Positions 35,701 through 49,521 of a DNA stretch of 64,000 nucleotides are shown piece after piece. A program made the position numbers and the translations under genes. This stretch comes from Eledone cirrhosa (taxonomy: Eukaryota). The notes under the pieces are model-generated. The model was not told where the DNA came from. It did not search any database and saw nothing but the letters and a program-made list of their open reading frames with translations. The DNA lies in the NCBI GenBank assembly GCA_964016885.1, contig OZ024758.1:1612001-1676000 (forward strand), written 5' to 3'. The number at the start of each line of letters is the position of its first letter. The first letter of the stretch is position 1.

Positions 35701-36116
35701 TGACAGACAGACAGATGGACTGACAGACAGACAGATGGACTGACAGACAGACAGATGGACTGACAGACAGACAGATGGACTGACAGACAGACAGATGGAC
35801 TGACAGACAGACAGACAGATGGACTGACAGACAAACAGACAGATGGACTGACAGACAGACAGACAGACAGATGGACTGACAGACAGACAGATGGACTTAC
35901 AGACAGACAGATGGACTGACAGACAGACAGATGGACTGACAGACAGATGGACTGACAGACAGACAGATGGACTGACAGACAGACAGATGGACTGAGAGAC
36001 AGACAGATGGACTGACAGACAGACAGATGGACTGACAGACAGACAGATGGACTGACAGACAGACAGATGGACTGAGAGACAGACAGATGGACTGACAGAC
36101 AGATGGACTGACAGAG
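32784..36116. repeat. GACA satellite array 3, ending in mostly 20-bp GA(C/G)A-GACA-GACA-GATGGACT units
   Basis: About 32790-35950 is a near copy of about 22310-25480 (shared CATACA, GGGCTG, GGATTGAG, ACAAAC and GGACTTAC variants). Confidence 0.98.
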
Positions 36117-36179
36117 AGATAAAAAGGGAGAACGGGGGATCAATAGAGAGAAAGATGAATAAGAGGTCATCTAAAATAG

Positions 36180-36450
36180 AAACCTTTCTCTGCTGTTTCT
36201 CTTCAAGTTGGTGGAACCCATCTCTCCAGGTCTGAATACAGCAGATTTATTCCAGAGAAGGATAGAGAGTGTGAGAGAATAGCAGGGAGAAAGAGATAAA
36301 GAGGAAAAATCAACCCAGTATATGACTGGTACTTTTTTTATCGACCTCAAAAGGACGAAAAGCAAAGTAGGATTTGAACTCAGAAAGCAGAGAGTCCGAA
36401 CAAATACTGCAAAGTATTCTATCTGAAGTTCTAATGACCTACAATACGCC
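36180..36450 (-). mobile_element. tRNA-derived SINE, long-tail subfamily
   Basis: GGATTTGAACTCAG B box, TTTATCGACC core, tail like 2040-2100. Confidence 0.75.
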
Positions 36451-36469
36451 ATTTTCTGTCACACTGAAA

Positions 36470-36660
36470 GGGCGGTGGATTAGCAGTATCGGTAGAGGGT
36501 CTGACGCCATGCTTTGCAGCAAAGAGTTACGGCCCTTTATGGTCTGAGTTCAAATCCCGTCGAGGTTAACTTTGCCTTTCATCCTTACGGGGTCGATAAA
36601 ATAAAGTACCAGTAATATACTGGAACAATTGCTAACCCTGTGTCAAAAGTAGAAACAATA
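36470..36660 (+). mobile_element. tRNA-derived SINE, full length
   Basis: GGCGGTGGATTAGCAGTATCGG ... GAGTTCAAATCCC ... GCCTTTCATCCTTACGGGGTCGATAAAATAAAGTACCAG ... AAAAGTAGAAACAATA. Confidence 0.88.
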
Positions 36661-37173
36661 TTATATTAAAGGTGCAAATACACCTTTCATTGATTAGATA
36701 AACAACTGATTGATTAAACAACTGGAATACTCATCGTCGAAACCGGTGAAAAACCCATTTGTATTTATTTTTAAACCCAAAACCTCCTGCCAGTAATATA
36801 TTGCTGAAGGGTCATAGCATAAGGACAACTGATCTAAATGATTAACCCTTTGTCGATTTTGTTTTATGTTAATTATATATGACTAATTATAGTTTCTTAA
36901 TCTAATGTTGCTAGTCTTAATTGCGTATTCTTAATTACACATACATTTCACATGATATTACCAAGCTTTCTTAATTACATAAATTTCTATAATCTTACAT
37001 CTGCCATTAACTTTCCTTATGTCAAACTTTTCAAAGCAATTTCGGAATTGTATTCTTGGTGAATTCCATTTCTGGTGTATAGCAATGAGATAACATCATT
37101 TACCACTTTCTAATTTTACTCATTTATAAATATAGCAAGTACATTACTTTTGTTGGTAATTAATATTAATTAA

Positions 37174-37335
37174 GGCAGCGAATTGGTAGAGTCATTAGAA
37201 CATCGGATAGAATGCTTTGTATATTCATTTCCACTCTCAGCTCTCTGAGTTCAAATCCCGACGAGGTCAACTTTGCCTTTCATCCATTCATGATCGATAT
37301 AAAAGTACCAGTCACGTACTGGGGTCGACTCTTCT
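37174..37335 (+). mobile_element. tRNA-derived SINE, long-tail subfamily head and core
   Basis: GGCAGCGAATTGGTAGAGTCATTAGAACATCGGATAGAATG ... GAGTTCAAATCCCG ... GCCTTTCATCC. Confidence 0.82.
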
Positions 37336-38787
37336 TCTATATCTTTTTCTCACTTATTTTCTGTCACTCTCTAGAGAGAGAGAGAGAGATGGAGAGATAT
37401 AGGGGAATTGTAAGAGAGAGAGTGTGTGTGTTTGTGTGTGTGCGTGTGTGCGTGTGTGTAATGAATGAAATGATACTTTTACATAGTGTATATTATTATA
37501 AGAAATAGATATACTGTCGCAGATAAGAAGTAAGCAGACTTTATGAAAATCTCTCATTTACGAGATATGCAAATATTTCTTATTCGGCACCAAGTCTAAA
37601 AGAAAGAAAGTCCGTTGAGCAAGGCCCTCCGACTGATAATACGAAAATGTACTGCAATTTTTAATGTTTATTGATCGTAAGATCATTCTAGAATAAGTTG
37701 ATGACTAGTGAAAGGAAGTGAAAACTAGTGATATGACCGGAAAATTGGATTCCTGTATATGTCGAGTTAGTACAATGAAGATGTGTTGTGCCAGCTCTGC
37801 AACTTGTTAATGGAACAAAAGAAGTTAGATCTATTAACTACTTCTATAGAAACAGAATGACGAAGACATTTATAAGCAGTAAAACATGTTATAGCATTTA
37901 TGGCGTAAAACGCAGTTAGATATTATTTTATGAAAAGATAACTTGAAATAGAATTGTTATTTTATCATTTAGATATTTCTAAAAGATGAAGGAGTGGGAT
38001 TTGGAGAGGATTTGGGGGGGATTTTGTGGGGATTTTTTTTTTTCAAAAAATTAAAAAAGATCAATTTGATAAAAGGAATATAATAATTGACAATAAAACG
38101 TTCTTGTCGACCCCTCCCCCTTATCATGTATCAGGAACATTCATAATAATCATTCAATACTGCTGTCTGTACCATATCACACATTATTTTCCTTTCTCGC
38201 TTTCTTTTTCGTTATTTGCCTCTTTCATTCTCATTCACTAATTTCTTTCTTTCTTTCTTCACTGTTTTCTTTTTTTTCTTTTTCGTTTTCTTTTTTTTTT
38301 CTTTTTTTTTCTTTCTTGCTGCAGAAACTGCAACAATTTTTATTATCGAAATAATTCATAACCGCCATTTTATTTATTTATTTTTTTACTAGATAAGCTT
38401 AACAATCTCGTTTGTTCTCGTGTCACATGAGAATCGAGAATGATTTAGCAGCTTCTTAACCATCATCAGATAAGCAAAATAAGGAAAAAAAGTAAAACAT
38501 ACGTTGGATAATAGATAGAATAGTGTGGAAAATGTGGAATAATCATCGCTGGAACATCTTTCGTCACACGCATCTTAGATTAGAACTGACCTGAGGGTTA
38601 ATCAAAAGCAACTACAATAGTTGGGGAGTGTTGTGAAGATTGATGTTTAGATAATAAAACAATGATGAGTTGAAGACACGTCTTCTACACAGCTTCTGTT
38701 CTTACAGAAGATGTCTTTAAGAGAATAATTCAAATTCTTTGAAACGGTCATTGATTCAGTGACAAGCTGTACGGCTTACAATTCTGT

Positions 38788-39476
38788 TATAGTTGCTCCA
38801 GATGTGATACAACATGGATGGCAATCACCAGATGTGATCCAACATGGATGGCAATAGTTGCTCCAGATGTGATCCAACATGGGTGGCAATCTCCTGATGT
38901 GATCCAACATGGATGACAATAGTTGCTCCAGATGTGTTCCAGCATGGATGACAATAGTTGCTCCAGATGTGTTCCAGTATGGGTGACAATAGTTTCTCCA
39001 GGTGTGATCCAACATGAATGACAATCTCCAGATGTGATCCAACATGAATGACAATAGTTGCTCCAGATGTGTTCCAGCATGGATGACAATAGTTGCTCCA
39101 GATGTGTTCCAGTATGGGTGACAATAGTTGCTCCAGGTGTGATCCAACATGAATGACAATCTCCAGATGTGATCCAACATGAATGACAATAGTTGCTCCA
39201 GATGTGTTCCAGCATGGATGACAATAGTTGCTCCAGATGTGTTCCAGTATGGGTGACAATAGTTGCTCCAGGTGTGATCCAACATGAATGACAATCTCCA
39301 GATGTGATCCAACATGAATGACAATAGTTGCTCCAGATGTGTTCCAGCATGGATGACAATAGTTGCTCCAGATGTGTTCCAGTATGGGTGACAATAGTTG
39401 CTCCAGGTGTGATCCAACATGAATGACAATCTCCAGATGTGATCCAACATGAATGACAATAGTTGCTCCAGATGTG
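38788..39476. repeat. Minisatellite with 30/35-bp monomers in a 135-bp higher-order unit
   Basis: GGTGTGATCCAAC recurs at 39001, 39136, 39271 and 39406 (30+35+35+35 bp). Confidence 0.95.
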
Positions 39477-39927
39477 TATTATATATACGAGAACAAACAC
39501 CGCCCAGACCGTAATTTGGAGGAATAGATTTGATTGATGTGGAACTTTTCCTACAACACCACACAATTATTAAGATAGCTGGCACGTGTGTGTGTATATG
39601 TGGGTGTGTGTGAGCGCGTGTGTGTGTGTATGCCTCTGTGTGTGTCTGTGTCTGTGTGTGTGTGTGTGTGTGTGTGTCTGTGTCTGTGTCTGTGTCTGTG
39701 TCTGTGTCTGTGTCTGTGTATGCGAGCGCATTTGTGTGTGTGTTTATGGTATCAGCAATAGATATTAGATAACATCAGTAATAGAAAGAACAATGGAAAT
39801 ATGATTTCATTGATCAGATCCGACGAGCGGCTCTTTCCTTTCTATATACATATAAAAATACACTCGCATATCTGTGTGTATATATATATATATAAACATA
39901 CACGTACACATGCATATCTGTATATAC

Positions 39928-39990
<63 letters not shown>

Positions 39991-40046
39991 TATCGAGAGA
40001 GAGAGAGTGAGATAGATATATATAGATATAGATATATAGATATATA

Positions 40047-40162
<116 letters not shown>

Positions 40163-40508
40163 AGTGTTCGTACGTCTGCATACGGTGGTGGACCTTGGCA
40201 GATAATATCTTTGTATATTTAGAATTCACAAATATATTATAGATTGAGGAAGACGGATGACAATGATAAGTTCTGATAGCGTCTATGTATGGTAATGTGG
40301 CTGCCAAGAATACTTAAATATATAAACACATGTACGCATGCTTAACACATACACATGTAGTCACACATGTGTATGTGTGTGTGGTTGTATTGTGTAGCTT
40401 CAGAATGTGTATGTGTATCATTGATTCCAAGGATATGTGTATACAAGAATAATACATGTGTACATATGTCACACATAGAAGTATAGATCAACTTATATAT
40501 ATTTAAGA

Positions 40509-40579
<71 letters not shown>

Positions 40580-40826
40580 TATATATATATATGTGTGTGT
40601 ATATATATAAGTGAGTGTATGTGTATATATATATACATATATGTATGCATCTGTAACCCTAATCCTAACCCTAACCCTAACCTCCTACACCCGGATATGT
40701 CTCCGTAAACAATAACTCTCTGCTCGAGTGGGCCATGGTGCCCAAACACTGATTTGTAAGACTTCGCCAGGTGGTGTTATTAAGTTAGACATGGCCTGGG
40801 CCAATACTGGCCGAAACCTATCAAAG

Positions 40827-40859
<33 letters not shown>

Positions 40860-40861
<2 letters not shown>

Positions 40862-40974
40862 AACAAGTAAGACCCCTGGGGCCTTACTTGTTACTATTAC
40901 CCACTCTACTACCCTAAGTATTGAGTACTTTGGTGCGTTATGGTCCATCTGGTTCCTTACCACATTTCCTTCGT

Positions 40975-40975
<1 letters not shown>
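40860..40975 (+). mobile_element. (TA)n-embedded fold-back hairpin element, copy 3 (short arms, about 17 bp)
   Basis: GGAACAAGTAAGACCCC-T-GGGGCCTTACTTGTTAC plus the shared tail. Confidence 0.8.
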
Positions 40976-41005
<30 letters not shown>

Positions 41006-41513
41006 TATGAAGAGAGAAGAAACATTTAGATATAATTAGTAATAAAATGTATCATACCTAAACTGTTCCTAAATTCCTCGACTACGTAGTTTCGTGGCAT
41101 AAACAAAAACAATATATCAAAGATATAGAGTCCTTGCGAGGTCTGCCGACTTATCAAGAGGATACCTCATTTTACTAGTCTCAAGAACGCGTCTACACGA
41201 CGTGAGAAAGAATCCCAAAAGGCGGAGGGGGAGATAGTCACGCGATATAACGGTCGAGAAACAGAGCTAAGCCTCTTATAACCACGAAGAAAATACCACG
41301 GAGGCGGAGGGGGTATTCATATCGAGGCCGCAGAAGAGGTAGTGAAGAAGGCGAGAAGTATGAGTAATGGAAGCTTTCCAGTTGTCCCCACACTTCAAAG
41401 ATTGCTCGACCAGAGGGAGTTAATATATTTAGAATCACACAGATACATGCGGACACACACATATATACATAAATGCATCCGCACCCAACTGTGAGTTATA
41501 TATATATATATAA

Positions 41514-41855
41514 ACAAGGGTCGCCCAAACGTTCATATGGTGACCAAGATACTCTCATGGAATGACCAAATGAGGTTTATTTTTCAACATATTCCCTGGA
41601 AAGTAAGAATGCAGTTATTAATAAGGGGAATTGACATTAATACATGCAATATTTCACAGCGAGACCCACGAAGTTCCAGCCCGTCTCCTTCGCCATCTTC
41701 CGAAGTGATATCTTCTCATAGTTACGTCCCTTTACGGTCTCAGTTCAAATCCCACCGAGGTTAACTTTGCCTTTCATCCTTACCGGGTCGATAATATAAA
41801 ATACCAGTAATGCACTGGGTATTTACTGACATTGTGCCAAATGTAGAAACAATTA
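41514..41855 (+). mobile_element. Partial mariner MITE (41514-41660) followed by a 5'-truncated SINE (41717-41855)
   Basis: Similarity to 6137-6290 and to the SINE core and tail. Confidence 0.7.
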
Positions 41856-42051
41856 TATAGAAATAAGTAATATGACAGCTGCAGCTTGAGGACGTCTGTC
41901 TTCCCCCATTAGATGGCTGCCGAGGTCCGGTTATATATGCCGAGTTTGGGAAGATGGGTGGTCCGCGTTTGGTTTGCCGAATTTGGATGATGAGTACGGT
42001 TTGGGTTTGCAGGAGTCATGAGTACAGGTTAGAGTTTGGTTTAGGTTGTAT

Positions 42052-42238
42052 CAGACCTGCCAACCTCTAAAATCCAAAACGGGAAGTACCATGAAAAAAA
42101 GGGCCCCAAAACGTGGAGAAATAAAGCAAAAGAGGTGATAATTAAAGCTATACCCATTTTCACAAGAGAAGACATCTCTCACCCACCCCAAAGTGAGTGG
42201 AAGATCTCTCCGTCGGACGGGGACAGTTGACAAGTCTG
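42052..42238. mobile_element. MITE with about 13-bp TIRs (CAGACCTGCCAAC / GTTGACAAGTCTG)
   Basis: Homologous to 9536-9728. Confidence 0.7.
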
Positions 42239-42747
42239 GTGTTTGCTGAGTTTTAGTAGACTGGTTGGAGTAATAAGGGTTTATTTACGTACACATAAAA
42301 ACTTGTATTCAATATATCTGTAACAAAATAACATATGTAATCTATATAGGTAATTAAACTACTCTGGCGGTGGGAGCATATAAACAATAATTAATGAAAT
42401 TCCATTAAAAATAAATAAACGAAGAATGTTTAACTGTTGAAACAACGTTTGATGAGTCGAACACGTATAATAGAATAAAATTTAATTAATAAAATTTAAT
42501 TAAGTGTTATTAAACAGTCCTTACCGCCACCCAATGCTCGCCACCTCTACTCTATCATCTCTCCACCACATACACAACTACAACATAGAAATGACACTGA
42601 ATTACCTCCCAAAATTGTTTAAACAACAATTTCATTTCATGCCCTTGTTTAATCAAGTATTCTAACAACCATTTAATACCCTTCATTAAAAAACTAAACT
42701 TCAGTCTGACTGTTAATCCTTCCATATCTTATTAGTTGGCGAGATAA

Positions 42748-42948
42748 GGGCGGTGGATTGGCAGACTCGGTAGAGCGTTGGACACCATGCTTCGTGGCAT
42801 AGAGTTACGTCTCTTTCAAGTCCTGAGTTCAAATCCCACCGAGGTTAACTTTACCTTTCATCCTTACAGGGTCGATAAAATAAAGTACCAGTAATACACT
42901 GGAACCGATTTAATCGACTTTCCCCTCCCCCCAAATTGAAACCATTAT
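42748..42948 (+). mobile_element. tRNA-derived SINE, full length
   Basis: A-box-like head, GAGTTCAAATCCC, core and tail. Confidence 0.85.
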
Positions 42949-43336
42949 TTGGTGTATGTGTACCATGCATGTTTGTGTGTGAGTGTGTGTGTGTGTGTGT
43001 ATGTGTGTATGTATATGTACCATGCATGCTTGTGTGTGTGTGCACGCTGTTGAAGTGTGCGTGTGCATACGATTAGGGCGAATGTGTGTGTGCTCATGTG
43101 TGTGTGGGGGCATATGTGCAGTTTCATATATGTATAAACACATACACATGCATACATATACGCATACACATACATACATATACACACACGCATACAGAAA
43201 CATACATATATATACACACACACATACACAAACACACACACACACACATGCATACAGAAACATACATATATATATATATGCATACACATACAGGATCACG
43301 AATATACACGCACACTCACACACATATACATACAGA

Positions 43337-43441
<105 letters not shown>

Positions 43442-43451
43442 ACATACAGAA

Positions 43452-43482
<31 letters not shown>

Positions 43483-43655
43483 CCTATAATGCTGTGAATG
43501 TTTAAAACTACAATGGCATCTCATTAAGGTGATATGTAAAATGTTTCTATACTTACCGTTACTAGGGAGATAATATATCTTCACAATCTACATTCATCTC
43601 TTTCACTCTCTCTCTCTTACTCTGTCTCTCTCTCACTAGCTCTCTCTCTCTCTCA

Positions 43656-43713
<58 letters not shown>

Positions 43714-43750
43714 CTTTATTTAATTTTCTATCAATCTATCTATTTATGTA

Positions 43751-43844
<94 letters not shown>

Positions 43845-43982
43845 TCTCTCTCTCTCAGACAGCCTTACTTATAGAAGTAAATCTTCAGAAAAATGGGTCA
43901 ATACCACAGCTATGTATTGCTGTGGTATTGTTTTTTTTATTTGGACTCAGAGAGCAGAGAGTCGAATTGGATACAACAATGG

Positions 43983-45230
43983 ATTCTACCCGACGTTCTA
44001 ACCACTCTACCATTCTATCTGACGTTCTAACCCTTCTACCATTCTATCTGACGTTCTAACCATTCTACCATTCTATCTGACGTTCTAACCCTTCTACCAT
44101 TCTATCTGACGTTCTAACCATTCTACCATTCTATCTGACGTTCTAACCACTCTACCATTCTATCTGACGTTCTAACCACTCTACCATTCTATCTGACGTT
44201 CTAACCACTCTACCATTCTATCTGACGTTCTAACCATTCTACCATTCTATCTGACGTTCTAACCACTCTACCATTCTATCTGACGTTCTAACCACTCTAC
44301 CATTCTATCTGACGTTCTAACCATTCTACCATTCTATCTGACGTTCTAACCACTCTACCATTCTATCTGACGTTCTAACCACTCTACCATTCTATCTGAC
44401 GTTCTAACCACTCTACCATTCTATCTGACGTTCTAACCATTCTACCATTCTATCTGACGTTCTAACCACTCTACCATTCTATCTGACGTTCTAACCACTC
44501 TACCATTCTATCTGACGTTCTAACCACTCTACCATTCTATCTGACGTTCTAACCATTCTACCATTCTATCTGACGTTCTAACCATTCTACCATTCTATCT
44601 GACGTTCTAACCACTCTACCATTCTATCTGACGTTCTAACCATTCTACCATTCTATCTGACGTTCTAACCACTCTACCATTCTATCTGACGTTCTAACCA
44701 TTCTACCATTCTATCTGACGTTCTAACCACTCTACCATTCTATCTGACGTTCTAACCACTCTACCATTCTATCTGACGTTCTAACCATTCTACCATTCTA
44801 TCTGACGTTCTAACCATTCTACCATTCTATCTGACGTTCTAACCACTCTACCATTCTATCTGACGTTCTAACCATTCTACCATTCTATCTGACGTTCTAA
44901 CGACTCTACCATTCTATCTGACGTTCTAACCACTCTACCATTCTATCTGACGTTCTAACCACTCTACCATTCTATCTGACGTTCTAACCCTTCTACCATT
45001 CTATCTGACGTTCTAACAACTCTACCATTCTATCTGACGTTCTAACAACTCTACCATTCTATCTGACGTTCTAACCACTCTACCATTCTCTCTGACGTTC
45101 TAACCACTCTACCATTCTATCTGACGTTCTAACAACTCTACCATTCTATCTGACGTTCTAACCACTCTACCATTCTATCTGATGTTCTAACCACTCTACC
45201 ATTCTATCTGACGATATAACGACTCTGCCA
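43983..45230 (-). repeat. 29-bp minisatellite (CATTCTATCTGACGTTCTAACCA(C/T)TCTAC, about 43 copies) expanded inside a SINE head
   Basis: The unit is the reverse complement of the SINE head segment seen at 37185-37214. The left flank 43939-43980 is the SINE B-box region. Confidence 0.92.
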
Positions 45231-45499
45231 CTTCCCAGCCTGGGCAGGGATATGGTCGAGATTTAAAGCACACTAGAGTAATGGAATGTGAAGTAGCGGC
45301 GTGTGGGTGGAACTCATCAGCACACATGTGATACAACTATCTGACAGGAAACCTCTTATCTAACAGATTAGATTTGATGGAGCTGTGAGGATAGAAACTT
45401 AGCTTGAAGATTGTATACCCTACACTGTTGAGGGCTTTGTTTATGGCATGAGATGTAATGTGGCCTTCGCTCTAGTTCTTGAAGAAGATTGGTCTCGTT

Positions 45500-45855
45500 G
45501 GAGGATGTGACGCGACCTTGGAAGGTGTTACAACGAGATCTCGGAGGATGTGACAACGTTACCTTGGAGGAGGTTAGAACGAGGTCTTGGCGGATGTGAC
45601 GAGAATTTGGAGGATGTGACAACGAGATCTTGGAAGATGTGACGAGACCATCATGGTTGTGACAACGAGACCTTGGAAGATGTGGCAACGAAACCTTGGA
45701 AGATGTGACAACGAGAAATTGGTGGTTGTGACAATGAGAAATTGATGGTTGTGACAATGAGCCCTTGGTGGTTGTGACGAGACCTTGAAAGATATGACAA
45801 CGAAACTTTGGAAGATGTGACAACGAGAAATTGATGGTTGTGACAATGAGACCTA
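45500..45855. repeat. Degenerate ~20-bp tandem repeat (GG(A/T)(A/G)GATGTGACAACGAGACCTT-like)
   Basis: TGTGACAACGAGA recurs throughout. Confidence 0.8.
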
Positions 45856-46633
45856 GCAATTTCCAGTGGTTTGGTGATATTTGTCAGCTACACTTATATT
45901 CCTATCTCTCTGTGTTGTGCTGTGTTGAAATAACTCTGTAGAAGGTTGTTCCCTTAGTCTTACATTTCTAGAAACAACCTAGAATGTTAACCGAGGTGTT
46001 AGTCTATTTCTGGTGAACATAAAATATTCTTTCTCTTCATATTTTTATTAAAACCTTCCTTTCAAAGACATACGTAGTTGTTACATTGGGTTATTTAGGT
46101 TGTGTTGTTACAACAGTGATTAGCTTTCAATTGAATATTTGCAAGGGGCATCATCAGCATCATCATCATTATCATCATCATCAACATCATCACCATCACC
46201 ATCAGCATCAGCATCACCATCATCACCACCATCAACAACATCATCATCATCATCAATAAAATCATTTTTTTTTTATAGTTTAAATTTTCCAGTTCGTTTT
46301 AATTATATTTTATATATTTCTATTTTTCTTTTCATCATCATTTATTTTATTTATTTTATTTTATTATATTTATTATTTTTTAGGTCTTTTCATCAGAGTT
46401 GTCTGTTGTAATCGGTTATTAATCGATAATATGATTATCTGACATCTACAAATACGTATTGAGTTCACTGCAGTTTCAAACCTATTGACGCATTAACAGA
46501 AATATCATTTCAGTTTTATGATTGTTGATTTTCATTCAAATTTGTTCTCGTATTTGTTTCTTTATCTATGAAGGTTTATATATATATATATATATATATA
46601 ATTTTATTTATATATATATATATATATAATATA

Positions 46634-46747
<114 letters not shown>

Positions 46748-46754
46748 ATATAAA

Positions 46755-46820
<66 letters not shown>

Positions 46821-46878
46821 GTTATATATATATATATATTATATATATATATATATATATTATATATAATTTTATATT

Positions 46879-46909
<31 letters not shown>

Positions 46910-46913
46910 AATT

Positions 46914-46965
<52 letters not shown>

Positions 46966-47074
46966 ATTTTATATATATATATATATTTATTTATATTTAT
47001 CATTAGTGTTGCTATATATGTATATATGTATATATGTTTGTGTGTATATATATGTATATATGTGTGTGTGTATG

Positions 47075-47182
<108 letters not shown>

Positions 47183-47369
47183 TACATATATATATATATG
47201 TGTTATGTGTATGTGTATGTGTATGTGTATGTGTGGGGGGGGGTGTATACATACATCTGTTTTTAATATATATTTTATTTTAGTTTTAATTTCTGTTTGG
47301 CACTTTCACCCAACCATTCATTGCTGCTGATTTCAAATTAAATTGCAGACGATAGTAGAACAAGATAGA

Positions 47370-47761
47370 GAGGGGCGTAGGGGTAAAGAGGGAGCGAGGG
47401 TGGAAAGGAGAGAGTGAGAGAGATAGAGAGGGACGGGGATAGAGAGAGAAAGGGAGATAGAGAGGAAGGAGATAGAGGGAGACAGAGATAGAGAGGGGGG
47501 GACAGAGAGAGAAAGGGAGATAGAGAGAAAGGAGATAGAGGGAGACAGAGATAGAGAGTGAGAGAGATAGGGAGGAAGGAGATAGAGGGAGAGAGAGAGT
47601 GTGTGAGAGAGATAGACATGAAAAGAGATAGGGAGGAAGAGGAAAAGAGAGGAAGAGGTAGAGAGAGCGAGAGGTAGAGAGAGAAAGAGGGTGAGAGAGG
47701 AAGAGGTAAAGAGAGAGAGGGATAGAGAGAGAGAGAGTGAGGGCGAGAGGGGGAGGAAGAG

Positions 47762-47798
<37 letters not shown>

Positions 47799-47845
47799 GA
47801 GTGAGGAAGAGGTAGAGAGAGTGAGGGCGACAGGGGGAGGAAGAG

Positions 47846-47892
<47 letters not shown>

Positions 47893-47945
47893 GAGTGAGG
47901 AAGAGGTAGAGAGAGAGTGAGGGTGACAGGGGGAGGAAGAGGTAT
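47370..47945. repeat. Polypurine (GA-rich) low-complexity tract
   Basis: Direct inspection. Confidence 0.9.
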
Positions 47946-48108
47946 AAAGAAGTTGTTTCCATAATTACATATCTGCAATTTTTCCATTAAAAATCTTTAA
48001 TCTCTTCTAAGGTGATTAAATTCTTAAATATATAAAAAATATAGATACATAAATAATCGATTTTTGAGCTTGTAATATGTGTTACCTGTGTGGGTACGTG
48101 TGTGTTTC

Positions 48109-48144
<36 letters not shown>

Positions 48145-48192
48145 TGTGTGTGTGAGTGTGTATGTGTTTAGAGTGAGTGTGTATGTATGTAT

Positions 48193-48267
<75 letters not shown>

Positions 48268-48784
48268 CTGTGGCGCCGGTGGTGGTGGTGGTGGTAATGG
48301 TGGTGGTGATGTTGGCGGTGGTGGTGTTGGTAGTGATGGCGGTGGCGGCGGTGTTGGTAGTGATGGAAGGGAGGGTGTCCCGAAGTAATGATGTCAGAGA
48401 TAAACGCGGATGCTTTCCTTTACTGTTTTATACGATATATTTGAAGCTATTTTATTCTTCACCAATTAGAAAATAAACATTTACCTGTAGGAGTAGGAAA
48501 TATATCCCAATTATATTTATATGTATTATGGTCCCGTAACTCCTGATAGAGTTGTAGGGGTGACGTATTGACATACAGCATTTCTTGGATATTTTAAGCC
48601 TGGCAGAGCCCATCCCTCTCCAGGTCTGAGTACAGCAAATTTCTTCCAAAGAAAGAGGCCACTAATGGTAGTATTCAATGTATGTGGAGATGCAGAGCAG
48701 GTATAAAAATATGTAAAATCCTGACCGATTGCTAAACACACAAACCGAACCCTTGGAGCCACGGTCGGAATTTATATCTCTCTC

Positions 48785-48888
<104 letters not shown>

Positions 48889-49521
48889 TGCGTGGTGAGT
48901 TTTCTCCTCTTGTATTAAGTTTTTCAAAAAACACTTTTAATATTTTTGATACCGAGCCGCTTGCAGCCGTTTGTTTTAAAGTGTTTATATGTTTATATTT
49001 ATCTAAAAACCTGCCATCATAATTGTATGTAAGAACCTTTGTTAGGTTCCAAAAGTCGCCTTAACAATGAAGAAGTTGGTTATATTACTAAATCTCTCCA
49101 AACTCTTAATCATCTTTAAAATTATTTAAATATTATAATCAGAAAACATCGTGTATACGTAGCTTCTCTCTTGGACGTTTACGAAGCGCTGAGAAGATAA
49201 GTGGCCGATAGCAACTTCTTTTTCCGTCTTTAAGGGTCTTCACTCTATTTTATAGCATCTCTGAATATGAGCTCACTAATCTTTATATTTTCATAATCAG
49301 TGTTTTTCATTTGAAACGTGGTAAGGAACGGATTTATAAGCCAGTGTGTTTAACTGTAAAAATACCATAATTCCCAGCGGACATTTCCTGCTAACTAAGC
49401 CGTCTACATACATTAGTTGTAATTAATATTGAAATTTTATATAGTCGCACAATATGTCATATAATATATTTTGACTTTAGTCATGAACTCAACTTTTCTT
49501 TTTCTTTTGTATTTGCAGGTA

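Noticed and set aside
36470-36565. Functional tRNA genes at SINE heads
   Set aside because: A/B-box-like motifs are present, but there is no consistent cloverleaf and each is followed by the SINE core and tail.
38240-38345. Polypyrimidine tract plus CAG as a host-gene splice acceptor (similar sites near 49518 and 50999)
   Set aside because: No convincing exon ORF or donor follows. It cannot be supported without transcript data.
40655-40683. Telomeric (CCCTAA)n
   Set aside because: Only about 4-5 imperfect units, interstitial; not a chromosome end.
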